Assembly: GCA_038316385.1 (NCBI GenBank)
Contig: JBBQAN010000001.1
Coordinates: 11,381 to 75,380, forward strand
Direction: 5' to 3'
From: Lysobacterales bacterium
Lineage (GTDB): Bacteria; Pseudomonadota; Gammaproteobacteria; Xanthomonadales; Xanthomonadaceae
Length of the DNA stretch: 64,000 nt
A model generated the notes under the pieces. That model saw nothing but the letters and a program-made list of their open reading frames with translations, made no database searches and was not told where the DNA came from. This document shows, piece after piece, positions 1-11,891 of the stretch; the stretch's first letter is position 1, and every line of letters begins with the position of its first letter. The translations under genes and the position numbers were made by a program.

Positions 1-1
1 G

Positions 2-658
2 ATGATGGTCGGAATGGTGAGCGGCATGGCCGGACAAAGCATTGCGCAGAACCCAAAGCTCAGTCCAGCCGAAAAGACCCAGGCGACCGCTGTACTGACC
101 GCGATCACCAAATGGGCGACAACCGCGCCGTTGGCCGATCCGGAAAAGGCCAAACAGGCGATCAAGGTCGTGGTCGGCACCGCGCGCGATCTCAAGCTGA
201 CCACACTCGATGCGATGCAGAAGCTCAGCTTCTCCGATGCGATGGAAAAAGCCGGCACCGGGATGGGCGGTGTGCGCAAGGCGCTCGCGGTGTACGGTTT
301 CGACACCGACAAGATGCTCGATAGCGTCAAGGCCGAGAAGAAGTCCGAGAGCGGCGACACCGCCGTGGTCACGGTCAGCTATTCGATGCTCGATACCCCG
401 GTCACCGCAGACATCGCCATGGTCAAGCGCGATGGTCGTTGGTACAGCGCCGATCTGGTCAAGAGTGTCGAAGACTCGCTGTCCAAGCCGGTTGAAGCCG
501 CGCCGATGGCACAGGGCCCCGACGCGATGCCGCCAGCCGATGCGCCCGCGACGGGCGACGCGATGTCCGCACCGTCCGACCAGCCTGCCGAACAGCCTGC
601 GTCGTCGGACGAAGCGCCTGCGCCGACTGCAGATGCATCCGCGTCCAACGGCGGTTGA
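2..658 (+). CDS. hypothetical protein, possibly 5'-partial, with a Pro/Ala/Asp-rich low-complexity C-terminal tail
   Basis: The open frame runs from the window edge. Coding-like composition. No family recognised. Confidence 0.45.
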   Translation: MMVGMVSGMAGQSIAQNPKLSPAEKTQATAVLTAITKWATTAPLADPEKAKQAIKVVVGTARDLKLTTLDAMQKLSFSDAMEKAGTGMGGVRKALAVYGFDTDKMLDSVKAEKKSESGDTAVVTVSYSMLDTPVTADIAMVKRDGRWYSADLVKSVEDSLSKPVEAAPMAQGPDAMPPADAPATGDAMSAPSDQPAEQPASSDEAPAPTADASASNGG

Positions 659-725
659 ACGGTCGCGATCCTGACCTGTTGATCTCTGCGGCGGCGCGCT
701 CCGGCGCGTCGCCAGATATGCGCTG

Positions 726-3275
726 ATGACGGAGTCCGCCGCACCCGCCTTGTCGTCCCCACCGCGTCGCGCGCCCTTGTGGGCGCTGCTGCTTGGCAAG
801 CTGCTTGCACCGTGGATTCGGCTGCGCATTGAGCCGGCCGACGATGTTGCGCAACTCGCCGCCGATCCACGACCGCTGTGTTATGTGCTCGAGCGCTACG
901 GACTGTCGAATGCGTTGATCCTTGAACGCGCCTGTCGCGAGTCCGGCCTGCCCTCGCCATTGACGCCGCTGGCCGGCGATCCGCTCGGTCACAAACGCGC
1001 CTACATCGCGCTATCGCGGCGTCGCGGGGCGTGGTTCGGGCGGCCGCGCGCTCGGACCCATTCCGATGGTCTGGCGAAGCTGCTTGACCTGCAACGCAGC
1101 CATGCCGATCTGGATATCCAGTTGGTGCCGGTTTCGATCTTCGTCGGCCGCGCGCCGGATCGCCAATCCGGTTGGTTCTCGGTGTTGTTCTCGGAAAACT
1201 GGGAGATCGTCGGCCGCTTCCGTCGCCTGCTCGCGGTGTTGCTCAATGGCCGCAACACCATCGTCCGATTCGCCACGCCGGTGCTGTTGCGCAGCGCGAT
1301 CGCCGAAGCGTTGTCGCCCGAACGCACCGTGCGCAAGCTCTCGCGCGTGCTGCGCGTGCATTTCGGGCGGATCCGCGCGGCGGTGATCGGCCCCGATCTT
1401 TCGCATCGCCGTCTGCTGGTCGACAAGGTGCTCGCATCCGAGCCAGTGAAGCAGGCGATCGCCGACCAGGCGCGCAAGGACAACAAGCCGGTCGAGGATT
1501 CCTGGCGCAAGGCGCATGCGATCGCCTGGGAAATCGCAGCCGATTATTCGCATCCGGTCGTGCGCTCGCTGTCGTTCATGCTGACCCCGTTCTGGAATCG
1601 CATCTACGACGGCGTCGAAGTGCACCACCTCGACACACTCAAGGACATCGCGCCCGGACACGAGGTCATCTATGTGCCCTCGCATCGCAGCCATATCGAT
1701 CACGTACTGCTGTCGTATCTGCTGTATTCGCACAACATCGTGCCGCCGCACATCGTCGCCGGCGTGAACCTCAACATGCCGGTGATCGGGCCGCTGCTGC
1801 GCAAGGGTGGCGCGTTCTTCATCCGTCGCAGCATCCGCGGCAGTGCACTGTATTCGACCGTGCTCAGCGAATACGTCGCGTTGCTGGTCGGCGAAGGTTT
1901 CTCGCTGGAATATTTCATCGAAGGCGGGCGATCGCGCACCGGCCGCTTGCTGCAACCAAAATCGGGAATGCTCGCCATGACCGTGCGCGGCTTCCTGCGC
2001 GCGCCGCGCCGGCCCGTCGTGTTTCAGCCGGTCTATTTCGGTTACGAAAAACTGATGGAGGGCAAGAGTTATCTCGACGAACTCGATGGCCGGCCCAAGC
2101 AGAAGGAAACCGTCTGGGCGCTGCTGCGCGGCGTGTTCGGCGTGCTGCGCCAGCGCTATGGCCGGGTCGCGGTGAGCTTCGGCGAACCGATCCTGCTCGA
2201 CGACATTCTCCAGCAACACGCGCCGGACTGGCGTGAACACGCGATCGGCCCGGACGATCGGCTGAAATGGCTCAGCGGCGCGACCGACGATCTCGCCCAG
2301 CGCATCCAGGTCAATATCAACCGCAGCGCTGACGTCAATCCGGTCAACCTGCTCGCGCTCACCTTGCTGTCGATGCCCAAGCACGCGATGAACGAGGGCG
2401 ACCTGCTCGAACAACTCGCACTGTGCAAACGATTGCTGGCTGCGATCCCATATTCGGATCGGGTGACCGTCACCCACATGGAACCAACGCAGATCGTCGA
2501 ATACGGCGAGAGCATCGGCATCCTGCAACGCACCGCGCATCCGCTCGGCGACGTGTTGTCGATGGGCGATGAAACGGCGGTGCTGCAAACCTACTTCCGC
2601 AACAACGTGCTGCATCTGTTCACTGCGCCGGCATGGGTCGCCTGCTGCTTCCAGAACAACCGCCGGATGAGCCGCGCGGGCGTGCTGGAACTCGGCCGCA
2701 GACTGTATCCGTTCCTGCAGAACGAGTTGTTCCTGGCATGGACGCAGGACGGTTTCGATGCCTGCCTGGAAGCGACCATCACCCAGTTCGTGGCAGAAGG
2801 GTTGCTCAAGTTCGACGCCGCAACCGACACACTCAGTCGCGGACCGGGCCAGACCGACGAAGTGTTCCGCCTGCGTTCGATCGCGCACAGCCTGCAACAG
2901 GCATTCGAACGCTACTTCATCGCGATCGCGGTGCTGGTCAAGAACGGCCCGCACACGCTGTCGGCTGGCGAACTCGAGAGCCTCTGCCAGATGACCGCGC
3001 AGCGTTTGAGCCTGCTGTACGCGCCGGCCGCACCGGAGTTCTTCGACCGTACCCTGTTCCGCGGCTTCATCCAGAAGATGCGCGAGATCGGCCTGGTCAA
3101 AACCGACGCCGAAGGCAAGCTCGATTACGGCGACGAACTCGATGCCTTGGCCAAGGACGCCAAACTCATCCTCGGCCGCGAACTGCGCCACACGATCATC
3201 AAGATTACGCCAGAGACCGCGCGCGCGGTTGCACCGTCAACAGCTGGTTCCAGCGAACCCGTTTCTGCGGAATAG
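726..3275 (+). CDS. plsB: glycerol-3-phosphate 1-O-acyltransferase
   Basis: 849 aa, the PlsB size class. HXXXXD acyltransferase motif in VPSHRSHIDHVLLSYLL. The downstream GGAFFIRR block is typical of PlsB. Confidence 0.9.
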   Translation: MTESAAPALSSPPRRAPLWALLLGKLLAPWIRLRIEPADDVAQLAADPRPLCYVLERYGLSNALILERACRESGLPSPLTPLAGDPLGHKRAYIALSRRRGAWFGRPRARTHSDGLAKLLDLQRSHADLDIQLVPVSIFVGRAPDRQSGWFSVLFSENWEIVGRFRRLLAVLLNGRNTIVRFATPVLLRSAIAEALSPERTVRKLSRVLRVHFGRIRAAVIGPDLSHRRLLVDKVLASEPVKQAIADQARKDNKPVEDSWRKAHAIAWEIAADYSHPVVRSLSFMLTPFWNRIYDGVEVHHLDTLKDIAPGHEVIYVPSHRSHIDHVLLSYLLYSHNIVPPHIVAGVNLNMPVIGPLLRKGGAFFIRRSIRGSALYSTVLSEYVALLVGEGFSLEYFIEGGRSRTGRLLQPKSGMLAMTVRGFLRAPRRPVVFQPVYFGYEKLMEGKSYLDELDGRPKQKETVWALLRGVFGVLRQRYGRVAVSFGEPILLDDILQQHAPDWREHAIGPDDRLKWLSGATDDLAQRIQVNINRSADVNPVNLLALTLLSMPKHAMNEGDLLEQLALCKRLLAAIPYSDRVTVTHMEPTQIVEYGESIGILQRTAHPLGDVLSMGDETAVLQTYFRNNVLHLFTAPAWVACCFQNNRRMSRAGVLELGRRLYPFLQNELFLAWTQDGFDACLEATITQFVAEGLLKFDAATDTLSRGPGQTDEVFRLRSIAHSLQQAFERYFIAIAVLVKNGPHTLSAGELESLCQMTAQRLSLLYAPAAPEFFDRTLFRGFIQKMREIGLVKTDAEGKLDYGDELDALAKDAKLILGRELRHTIIKITPETARAVAPSTAGSSEPVSAE

Positions 3276-3412
3276 GCCGTCGCATCGCGGGTCGGATGCA
3301 CCGCACCAACGCCTGGGTTTGGTCAATCTCCGTAGAGCTTCGGATACATCGCGATGCTGTTGAACGTGATCGTCGGGCCGTTGTCCCTTTCCTGGACTGG
3401 AAGTTGGCTCGA

Positions 3413-5515
3413 CTACTGGACATTGAGCGTGACGTCGTCAATCACGAATGACGTCTGCAACGATCCGTTCTCGTTGCCAGTGAACTTGATCGTTACGGTC
3501 TGCCCGATGTAAGGCGACATGTCGAAGTTGTGTGCCGTGTACCCGCTGGCGGCATTGAGGTTCGAATATTCGGCCAGTTGCGCAAGTTGGTTGCCGGACG
3601 AGTCGAGAACCCGCACGATCAAATGATCCTTCACCTGCGTTGTCGTGGTTTCGGCGGTGTCGATGTGCAGGTAGAACTTCAATGTGGCCGACGTATGGCC
3701 CGCAGGAATCGTGACTTGTTGCCATAACGATTGGGCCTCCGCGGCGCCCTTGCCATTCAGCCATACATCCCAGCTACCGATGTGCGGCGGTTCTGATGGA
3801 TTGTTGTTGATCACTCCGGTTGACGCAATCCAGGGCGCAGCTTTACCTGTCTCGAAACCGGGATTGCCAAGCAACTGCGACGTGAGACGGCCGATTGCAC
3901 TACTAAGCTTGATACTCCCTAGACCGCTCGACAAGTCATACCCGGGCTTAGCGCATTGCGCTGGCCCCCTAAAACCCGAAGAGTTACAACTAGAAGTGAT
4001 GTCGTGGAGGTCCCTCGGCAGTAGTTCGTCGTAGATCATCGATCCCGCGAAACCCAGATCGGTGCCCCTGACCGCGATTACACGCGCCCACAATCCCACG
4101 AACAGTGAAGTTGAAAGAGCCGTGCCACCGATCTGTGCGGACGCCCCATTGACCACAATCTTGGCACCCGAATTCGGGTCGGCATCGAAGGCGACATCGG
4201 GCACGGCGCGAGTAGTGACAGACGGAAAGGACAGGGAAAGGTCCGCGTATTGCCAACTTGGCATTGGCTCGAATAAGCTCGGACTGCCTCCGGTTTCACC
4301 CCAGACGGTTTCCGTTTGCCAACTGGTCGTCGTTGCTACCAGGCTAGTGCCAGCCACTGCGACCACGTACTGAGAAGACGCCGGCCAGCTTGGCGTACGA
4401 CCTCCGTCGCCGTCGCCACATTGGTCCGCACCATCGGGGCTAGCGTCGCCGGCCGCGACCGAAAACGTCTGCCCCTGCGCAACGGCCGTCTGGAAGATTG
4501 CATCATCGGCCGCCGCCGAACCATCGCTCTGCGCATCGGTCTCGCACTCGCTGAACGCGACGCTGATGATTTTCGCAGTATTCGCAGCGACTGCAGCATT
4601 GATGTCAGCGGTCAGGCTGGAATCGGTGAGGGTCGGCACGTTGTAGAACACCAGCTTTCCCACTTGCCCACCAGCCATGCCGACGATGTCCTGGCTTTCC
4701 AGATCCCAGGTACTGGTGAGGCTGGTATCGCTGCCGGTGCCGCCCGTGTTGACAGTCTGGGTGGTGACGGTCGCAAGGCCGTTGTTGGTGGTGAAGGTGT
4801 TGAGATCGGCGATGGTTTGGGTGAGATCACCCTGGGTAATGATGCCGATGGCCACGCCCGCCGCCGTCGCCACACCAGTACCGCCGTAGATCGATGCGAA
4901 CTCGAGCGGGAAGTGGCCAACCCTCGGATGGGCTTGCATGGTGACAGCACCCAGGCGCAGCGCCTGTGCGTGCGGCCGATGCACAGTCTGCAATCCGACC
5001 ACCGCGAGCACGGTGTCCTTCAAGGCGAGCGGGATGTGCGCATCTTCGGTGTTCGCATACGCGATGCGGCCATCATGCGTGCGCACCTGCGCGAACGATG
5101 TGCGGAATGCGACGCCTGCGGTGAGCGCCGTGCCGTCGGCCGACACCAGCAACCGGTTCGGCGCGATCGTCACGTTGCGGAAGCCCCTGCCGGTCAGGTA
5201 GCTCGCGACGGCCTGTGCCTGTTGCAATGTCGGCGCATGGTTGGCGAGGAACTGCGCGCTGCTCATTGGCGCCGCACTATTGCCCTTAGCCGCATTCGCG
5301 ACAACCGCATCGAGCGCGCCCTTGTTGCGCAGCTTCAGCGCGACTTCAACATGGATCGGCTGCTGCATCGGCAGCGCGCCAATGGCTGCGTCGCCGCGCG
5401 ATAAAGCCGTGGCGTGCGCTGCGATCAGCGAGCCGGCAGAGGTAGCCGCATTGGCGATGCCCGCAGTTATCGCGCAAAGCGCCGCGCATACGGCCAGCGC
5501 GAGACGCGTCGTCAT
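3413..5515 (-). CDS. secreted sedolisin (peptidase S53, pro-kumamolisin-like) homologue with an extra C-terminal beta-sandwich-like domain; the nucleophile position reads Ala
   Basis: Signal peptide [23 protein letters not shown] (start moved to the internal ATG at 5515). The N-terminal pro-kumamolisin activation-domain-like region contains [27 protein letters not shown]. The subtilase-fold core ends in [19 protein letters not shown], where S53 enzymes have GGTS. Composition is slightly AT-richer than the neighbours. Confidence 0.75.
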   Translation of the reverse strand: MTTRLALAVCAALCAITAGIANAATSAGSLIAAHATALSRGDAAIGALPMQQPIHVEVALKLRNKGALDAVVANAAKGNSAAPMSSAQFLANHAPTLQQAQAVASYLTGRGFRNVTIAPNRLLVSADGTALTAGVAFRTSFAQVRTHDGRIAYANTEDAHIPLALKDTVLAVVGLQTVHRPHAQALRLGAVTMQAHPRVGHFPLEFASIYGGTGVATAAGVAIGIITQGDLTQTIADLNTFTTNNGLATVTTQTVNTGGTGSDTSLTSTWDLESQDIVGMAGGQVGKLVFYNVPTLTDSSLTADINAAVAANTAKIISVAFSECETDAQSDGSAAADDAIFQTAVAQGQTFSVAAGDASPDGADQCGDGDGGRTPSWPASSQYVVAVAGTSLVATTTSWQTETVWGETGGSPSLFEPMPSWQYADLSLSFPSVTTRAVPDVAFDADPNSGAKIVVNGASAQIGGTALSTSLFVGLWARVIAVRGTDLGFAGSMIYDELLPRDLHDITSSCNSSGFRGPAQCAKPGYDLSSGLGSIKLSSAIGRLTSQLLGNPGFETGKAAPWIASTGVINNNPSEPPHIGSWDVWLNGKGAAEAQSLWQQVTIPAGHTSATLKFYLHIDTAETTTTQVKDHLIVRVLDSSGNQLAQLAEYSNLNAASGYTAHNFDMSPYIGQTVTIKFTGNENGSLQTSFVIDDVTLNVQ

Positions 5516-5757
5516 ATTGATTCGGCGAATGCGCCGTTCCGATGTTGTGGTGATGCGCATGTCGTTCCTCCGCAGAGGCAGACGTCCATACGGCGAATCT
5601 TTCGATGCGAACATGATCCGCGCTTAGCGACGCACGCAGGCATGCAGCTCGTACAGGCGATACCGGGAATCCAACGCTACGCCCAAAATGAAGGGGCGTC
5701 ACGGATCGGACTGATTGCGTTCATGCTGCGGACTGGCTTTGTGCCGCTTCGCCGTGA

Positions 5758-5964
5758 TCACGCGTCCAGGTCGGGAATCAGCCGGCTTTGCAGCCGCGCG
5801 ATCGTGTCCTTGATCAGCAGCTTGCGTTTCTTCAGGCGCCGCAATTGCAGCTCGTCCATGCGCAGGTCGGCAACCAGGCGGTCGATCGCGGTGTCGAGAT
5901 CGCGGTGCTCGAGCTTGAGCTGGTTGAGCTGGGCGCGGATGTCGGCCGGATCGTAAGGTTGCAT
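5758..5964 (-). CDS. DUF465 (YdcH-like) small coiled-coil protein
   Basis: 68 aa. [11 protein letters not shown]...[15 protein letters not shown] matches the DUF465 pattern. Confidence 0.7.
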   Translation of the reverse strand: MQPYDPADIRAQLNQLKLEHRDLDTAIDRLVADLRMDELQLRRLKKRKLLIKDTIARLQSRLIPDLDA

Positions 5965-6059
5965 GCGGGTTGCGCACTCTGCGCCTGAGGCATCCAGAGC
6001 TTACACGGAGCGCGCGGCGCGCGCGCGGTAGAATGCACGCCCATTCCGAAGTGTGTCCG

Positions 6060-6983
6060 ATGAACCTTTCCGCCCACCCAACCAGCGTCGATCGCGCGGT
6101 CGATCCGCCAGTGCGCGAACGCGCCGGCAACGAGCAGCGCGCCGAACACGAGCAACACAAGCTCAGCAAGCGCCTGCGCCATCAGGTCGGCCGCACGATC
6201 GCCGATTTCGGCATGATCGAGGACGGCGACAAGGTGATGGTGTGTTTGAGTGGTGGCAAGGACAGCTACACGATGCTCGACGTGCTGCTGCAATTGCAGG
6301 CGAAGGCGCCGGTGCGTTTCGAACTGGTTGCGGTGAACCTCGACCAGAAGCAACCGGGATTCCCCGAGCATGTGCTGCCGGATTACCTGGACTCGATCGG
6401 CGTCGCACACACGATCATCGAGCAGGACACCTATTCGGTGGTGAAACGCATCATCCCGGAAGGCAAGACGATGTGCTCGCTGTGCTCGCGGCTGCGACGC
6501 GGCGCGCTGTACGCGCATGCCGAGCGCGAAGGCTTCACCAAGATTGCGCTTGGCCATCATCGCGACGATCTGGTCGCGACGTTCTTCCTCAATCTGTTTC
6601 ATCACGCCAAGCTGGCGACGATGCCGCCGAAGTTGCGCAGCGACGACGGCAAGCATGTCGTGATCCGCCCACTCGCGCGCGTCAGCGAAAACGACATATC
6701 GGCGTACGCGTCGTACAAGCAATTCCCGATCATCCCGTGCACGTTGTGCGGCACGCAGGAGAACCTGCAGCGCAAGCAGATCCGCAACATGCTCAATGCT
6801 TGGGAACGCGAATCGCCGGGGCGTACCGAGCAGATCGCGCGTTCGCTTGGCAATGTCAGTGCTGCGCAGCTCGCCGATCCGTCGTTGTTCGATTTTCTTG
6901 CACTCGCCAAGCGCAGCGATGCGCCGTTGCCTGATGCGCATGCGTGGCTTGCGAGCGATTCGCACGCGGAAAGAGATGACTGA
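6060..6983 (+). CDS. ttcA: tRNA 2-thiocytidine(32) synthetase
   Basis: PP-loop [22 protein letters not shown] and [10 protein letters not shown] cysteine motifs. Start set at the internal ATG 6060 (MNLSAHP). Confidence 0.9.
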   Translation: MNLSAHPTSVDRAVDPPVRERAGNEQRAEHEQHKLSKRLRHQVGRTIADFGMIEDGDKVMVCLSGGKDSYTMLDVLLQLQAKAPVRFELVAVNLDQKQPGFPEHVLPDYLDSIGVAHTIIEQDTYSVVKRIIPEGKTMCSLCSRLRRGALYAHAEREGFTKIALGHHRDDLVATFFLNLFHHAKLATMPPKLRSDDGKHVVIRPLARVSENDISAYASYKQFPIIPCTLCGTQENLQRKQIRNMLNAWERESPGRTEQIARSLGNVSAAQLADPSLFDFLALAKRSDAPLPDAHAWLASDSHAERDD

Positions 6984-6990
6984 TCTTCCA

Positions 6991-7097
6991 TCTCCTTGCG
7001 AATGCAGGGAGACCGGACGGGGTGAGACGCGCACAGCGCCGAGCCTTTTCCAGTAAAAACACCCCTCCCAACCCTCCCCTGCATTCGCAAGGGAGGG
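6991..7097. repeat. cargo-less pair of the dispersed hairpin/G-box repeat (degenerate left half 6991-7029, good right half 7063-7097)
   Basis: Left half: TCTCCTTGCGAATGCAGGGAGA plus degenerate CCGGACGGGGTGAGACG. Right half: CCCCTCCCAACC plus hairpin CTCCCCTGCATTCGCAAGGGAGGG. A 33-bp spacer separates them. Confidence 0.55.
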
Positions 7098-7131
7098 CTA
7101 TATCGTTCTCCCTTCAACACCCGGAGTTTGA

Positions 7132-8037
7132 ATGTTCTTTCGCAATTTGACGCTATTCCGCTTCCCATCCTCCCTCGATCTATCCTCCCTCGAAACACAT
7201 CTTGCCGAATGCGCGCTCAAGCCTGTCGGTCCGATGGAAATATCGTCGCGCGGCTTCGTCTCGCCGTTCGGCAGGGAAGAGGTTGCGCTGTCGCACCGCA
7301 TCGGCGATTGCATCTGGCTGACCGTCGGCGGCGAGGAACGCATGCTGCCTTCGGTCGTCGTCAACGAGGAAGCCGCGAAGAAAATCACCGCAGCCGAACA
7401 ACGCGAAGGCCGCAAGCTCGGTGGTCGCGCGCGCAAGCGGATCAAGGATGACGTCGTGGTCGATCTGCTGCCGCGCGCATTCGTCAGGCCGCTGCGCACT
7501 GATGCGTATCTCGATTTGCAACACGGTTTCATCGCGGTGGACACGAGCTCGCGCAAGAGCGCTGAAAACGTCATCAGCGAAGTGCGCCGTGCACTCGGCA
7601 GTTTTCCGGCGCTGCCGCTCAACGCCGAAACCAGTCCGCGCGCGGTGCTGACCGGCTGGATCGCGGGCGAATCGTTACCCGACAGCGTCGTGCTCGGCGA
7701 CGAATGCGAACTCAAGGACGCGGCCGATCGAGGCGCGATCGTGCGTTGTCAGCGCCAGGACTTGCAGGGCGAGGAAATCGGCAAGCACCTCGAATCCGGC
7801 AAGCAGGTGACGCGCCTCGCGCTGGGCTTCGACGACCACGTGTCATTCGTGATCGGCGAAGACCTCGTCGTGCGCAAGCTCAAGTTCCTCGACGGCGCCG
7901 TCGATCAACTCGAGAACACCGAACGCGAATCCCTGCACGCCGAACTTGACGCCCGCTTTGCGCTGATGTCGGGCGAACTCAAGAAAGTGTTCGCGATGCT
8001 GGAGGCGGCGTTCAAGCTCAGTCGCGCGGAGACGTGA
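7132..8037 (+). CDS. rdgC: recombination-associated protein RdgC
   Basis: 301 aa. The N-terminus MFFRNLTLFRF and overall length are typical of RdgC. Confidence 0.9.
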   Translation: MFFRNLTLFRFPSSLDLSSLETHLAECALKPVGPMEISSRGFVSPFGREEVALSHRIGDCIWLTVGGEERMLPSVVVNEEAAKKITAAEQREGRKLGGRARKRIKDDVVVDLLPRAFVRPLRTDAYLDLQHGFIAVDTSSRKSAENVISEVRRALGSFPALPLNAETSPRAVLTGWIAGESLPDSVVLGDECELKDAADRGAIVRCQRQDLQGEEIGKHLESGKQVTRLALGFDDHVSFVIGEDLVVRKLKFLDGAVDQLENTERESLHAELDARFALMSGELKKVFAMLEAAFKLSRAET

Positions 8038-8059
8038 GAGAGCCGCTGGGTATTTGGAA

Positions 8060-10246
8060 TTAGCCGGATGCGAGTAATGCGATCTCGGCGACCGATGCAA
8101 AGCGATCCGCGATCTGTTTGAGCAGCGCGAGTCGGTTACCGCGCACCTTCGGATCGTCGGCCATCACCATCGTGCCGTCGAAGAATGCATCTACTGCAGG
8201 GCGCAACGCCGCAAGTCGCGACAGCACGCCGACGTAATCGCGCTGCGCGAGCAGCGGGTCGGTGTCGGCGATGGCGGCCTCAACCGTCGCATGCAAGGCA
8301 CGCTCGGCATCGTTTTCAAACAACGACGGATCGACTGATGCGGATGCCTCGTCGCCGGACTTGCGCAGGATGTTGCGGATGCGCTTGTTCGCGGCTGCGA
8401 GTGCGTCGGCTTCGGGAAGCTTGGCGAATTCGCCGATGGCTTTGAGGCGGCGATCAAAGTCCAGCAGAGATGCGGGACGGAGTTCGGCCACGGCATCGAA
8501 GTGCGCAGCGGGGACGCCTTGGTCGGCGTAGTAGCTGCGGAGGCGGTCGAGAATGAAGTCGTAAAGACTGGCTACGTTCGTTGAAGGATACCGATCGCTA
8601 CTTGGAGTTGTCACCGCTTGAAAATCATCTACCTTAACGCCCTGCGCTTCGGCCTCTTCCGCTGCGTGAAGTAGCCTGTCAAGGCCCGCGAATCGCAAGG
8701 CCTGCGATACTTTCTGTTCAGCACTTCTGAGCAGGGAGATCAAATCGAGATCGAGCTGGGCTTCAAGAATCGTCCGCGCCAGCCCCAACGCATTCCGCCG
8801 CAACGCAAACGGATCCTTGTTCCCCGTCGGCTTCAAGCCAGCGGCGAATCCGCCAGCGAGCGTGTCCAACCTTTCCGCAATAGCCAGCACCTGCCCCAGC
8901 TTCGATGGTGCAATCGCATCGCCACCGAAGCGCGGCATGTAGGCCTGGTCGATCGCGTCCGCGACATCGCCGGTCTCGCCCTCTGCGCTTGCGTAATAGC
9001 GCCCCGCAATCCCTTGCAATTCCGGGAATTCGTTGACCATGCGCGATTGCAGGTCTGCCTTCGACAGCTCTGCCGCGCGACGTGCGTGGGCGGGATCGAC
9101 GCCGACTTCCTTCGCAATCGCTTCGGCGAGCGCCATCACCCGCGCGGTCTTGTCGGCATAGCTGCCGAGCTTCTGCTGGTAGGTCACCGAGGCAAGCCCT
9201 TCGCGCATCGTATCGAGGCCTTGCTTGATGTCTTCGTCGAAGAAGAACTGCGCATCAGCAAAACGCGGACGGATCACGCGTTCGTAGCCCTTGCGGATTT
9301 CGTCGGGATCGGTCGAATCGATATTCGCGATGCCGATGAAGCGTTCGGTCAACCGGTGTTCGTGATTCAGTAACGGGAAGAATTTCTGGTTCGCTTCCAT
9401 CGTCGAGATCAGCGCCTCCTGCGGCACACGCAAGAACGCCGGCTCGAAGCCGCAGAGGATCGCCTTCGGCCATTCTACGAGGCAGTTCACTTCTTCCAAC
9501 AAGGCATCGGGAATGCGCGCGACGCCATCTGCGCGTTCGGCGGCGGTTTCTACTTCGCTGCGCACGCGCGTACGACGTTCGTCCGCGTCGACCAGCACCT
9601 GCGCACCGCGCAAGGCATCGACATAGTCCTCGGGCTTGCCGATCCAGACCGGCTTCGGATGATGGAAACGATGGCCGCGGCTCATGCGGTCGGCCTTGAT
9701 GCCGAACAGTTCCGCATCGACAACTTGCTCGCCCAGCAACATCACCAACCAGTGCACCGGACGTGCGAATGCGTAATCGTGATCGCCCCAGCGCATCGGC
9801 TTTGGAATCGGCATTGCCTTGATCGCCTCAAGGGCGATCTCCGGCAGCAGGGCGGCGGTGCGTGCGCCCGGCTTCACGCTGCGTGCTACGAAGCGTTCGC
9901 CTTTCGCATCGGTGATACGTTCGAGTTGCGCGACATCGACGCCGTTCTTCTGCGCGAAACCTTTCAGCGCCGGCGTCGGTTCGCCATTCGCATCAAGCGC
10001 GATGTTGGCGTACGGGCCGAGCGTTTCGTTGCGTTGCTCAGGTTGTTCGCCGGCAACGTGCGGCAGCAATACCGCGAGCCGGCGCGGCGTGTACAGCGGT
10101 TTCGCCTCAAAGCGCTCGACCGCGATCCCGCGCTTCGCGAGTCCCGCTAGCACGCCGTCGAGAAAAGCCTGCGCAAGTCCTGGCAATGCCTTGACCGGCA
10201 ATTCCTCGGTACCAATCTCGATCAACAGCGACGTAGGCGCGCTCAT
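8060..10246 (-). CDS. glyS: glycine--tRNA ligase beta subunit
   Basis: 728 aa. N-terminus LLIEIGTEELP, plus the KDPFALRR and AANKRIRNIL blocks characteristic of GlyS. Confidence 0.95.
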   Translation of the reverse strand: MSAPTSLLIEIGTEELPVKALPGLAQAFLDGVLAGLAKRGIAVERFEAKPLYTPRRLAVLLPHVAGEQPEQRNETLGPYANIALDANGEPTPALKGFAQKNGVDVAQLERITDAKGERFVARSVKPGARTAALLPEIALEAIKAMPIPKPMRWGDHDYAFARPVHWLVMLLGEQVVDAELFGIKADRMSRGHRFHHPKPVWIGKPEDYVDALRGAQVLVDADERRTRVRSEVETAAERADGVARIPDALLEEVNCLVEWPKAILCGFEPAFLRVPQEALISTMEANQKFFPLLNHEHRLTERFIGIANIDSTDPDEIRKGYERVIRPRFADAQFFFDEDIKQGLDTMREGLASVTYQQKLGSYADKTARVMALAEAIAKEVGVDPAHARRAAELSKADLQSRMVNEFPELQGIAGRYYASAEGETGDVADAIDQAYMPRFGGDAIAPSKLGQVLAIAERLDTLAGGFAAGLKPTGNKDPFALRRNALGLARTILEAQLDLDLISLLRSAEQKVSQALRFAGLDRLLHAAEEAEAQGVKVDDFQAVTTPSSDRYPSTNVASLYDFILDRLRSYYADQGVPAAHFDAVAELRPASLLDFDRRLKAIGEFAKLPEADALAAANKRIRNILRKSGDEASASVDPSLFENDAERALHATVEAAIADTDPLLAQRDYVGVLSRLAALRPAVDAFFDGTMVMADDPKVRGNRLALLKQIADRFASVAEIALLASG

Positions 10247-10889
10247 GCGGATTTCTTCTCACTCGAAACCGGCGCATCGAAGGGAATATAGAACTGCTTG
10301 AACGCCGGCAACGCCTCGCAACGATCAACGCGCACCTGCAATGCCGGATACGCGGACAATTCCAGCGGCACCGCATCGCACAAATAAGTGACGTAGCAGG
10401 CAAGCGTGATATCGGCCTGGCTCATCGCCTCACCGAACAACCATGCACCGTCGCCAGCCGCTGCGCAGAGGCGATCGAGTTCCGCGAGCGCGCCGTCGAT
10501 CTGCACGCGGCAGCGATCCGTCCACGGCGCATGGCGTTTTTCTTCGGGGCGGAACACGCGCTCGATGACAAGGTGGATGCCCTTGTCGGCCGCGCCAGTC
10601 GCGATCGCCATGAACGTGAGTGCGTGCGTTCGCGCCGCGCCGGATGCGGGCAACAGCGCGCGCGCCGGACCAACGTGCTGGTCGAGCCAGTCGAGAATCA
10701 TCGCCGACTCGATCAATGTTTCTCCATCGTCGAGTACGAGCGTTGGCACGCGACCAAGCGGATTGAATTCGCGGATGCGATCGAAATCCTTGCCGACCGA
10801 CCAGTTGCGGTGTTCGAACGGAATGCCAAGCAAGGTCGCACTGATCGCAACGCGGCGCGTAAATGGCGAGTCGAACATCCCGATCAGGA

Positions 10890-10893
<4 letters not shown>
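10243..10893 (-). CDS. glutathione S-transferase family protein
   Basis: [29 protein letters not shown]...[24 protein letters not shown] is a thioredoxin-like GST N-domain. Start set at ATG 10893. ATGA overlaps with both the glyQ stop and the glyS start. Confidence 0.85.
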
Positions 10894-11825
<932 letters not shown>

Positions 11826-11891
11826 GCAGTGGGCTTGCGGGGAAAGACGCTAGTATAGCCGTGGCCCCACGACGCACGATCCGCCGCCACC

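Noticed and set aside
1011-3191. 726-aa ORF antisense to plsB. Similar long antisense or out-of-frame ORFs include 5832-7034(-), 13591-15297(-), 18864-19949(-), 20322-21680(-), 24805-26574(+), 27741-28808(-), 31378-32514(+), 39270-40535(+), 49139-49960(+), 51613-52557(+) and 55106-55993(+).
   Set aside because: These are typical stop-codon-poor shadow frames of high-GC DNA. The translations are Arg/Ala/Gly/Pro-rich with no motifs, and each fully overlaps a gene with strong family signatures on the other strand or frame.
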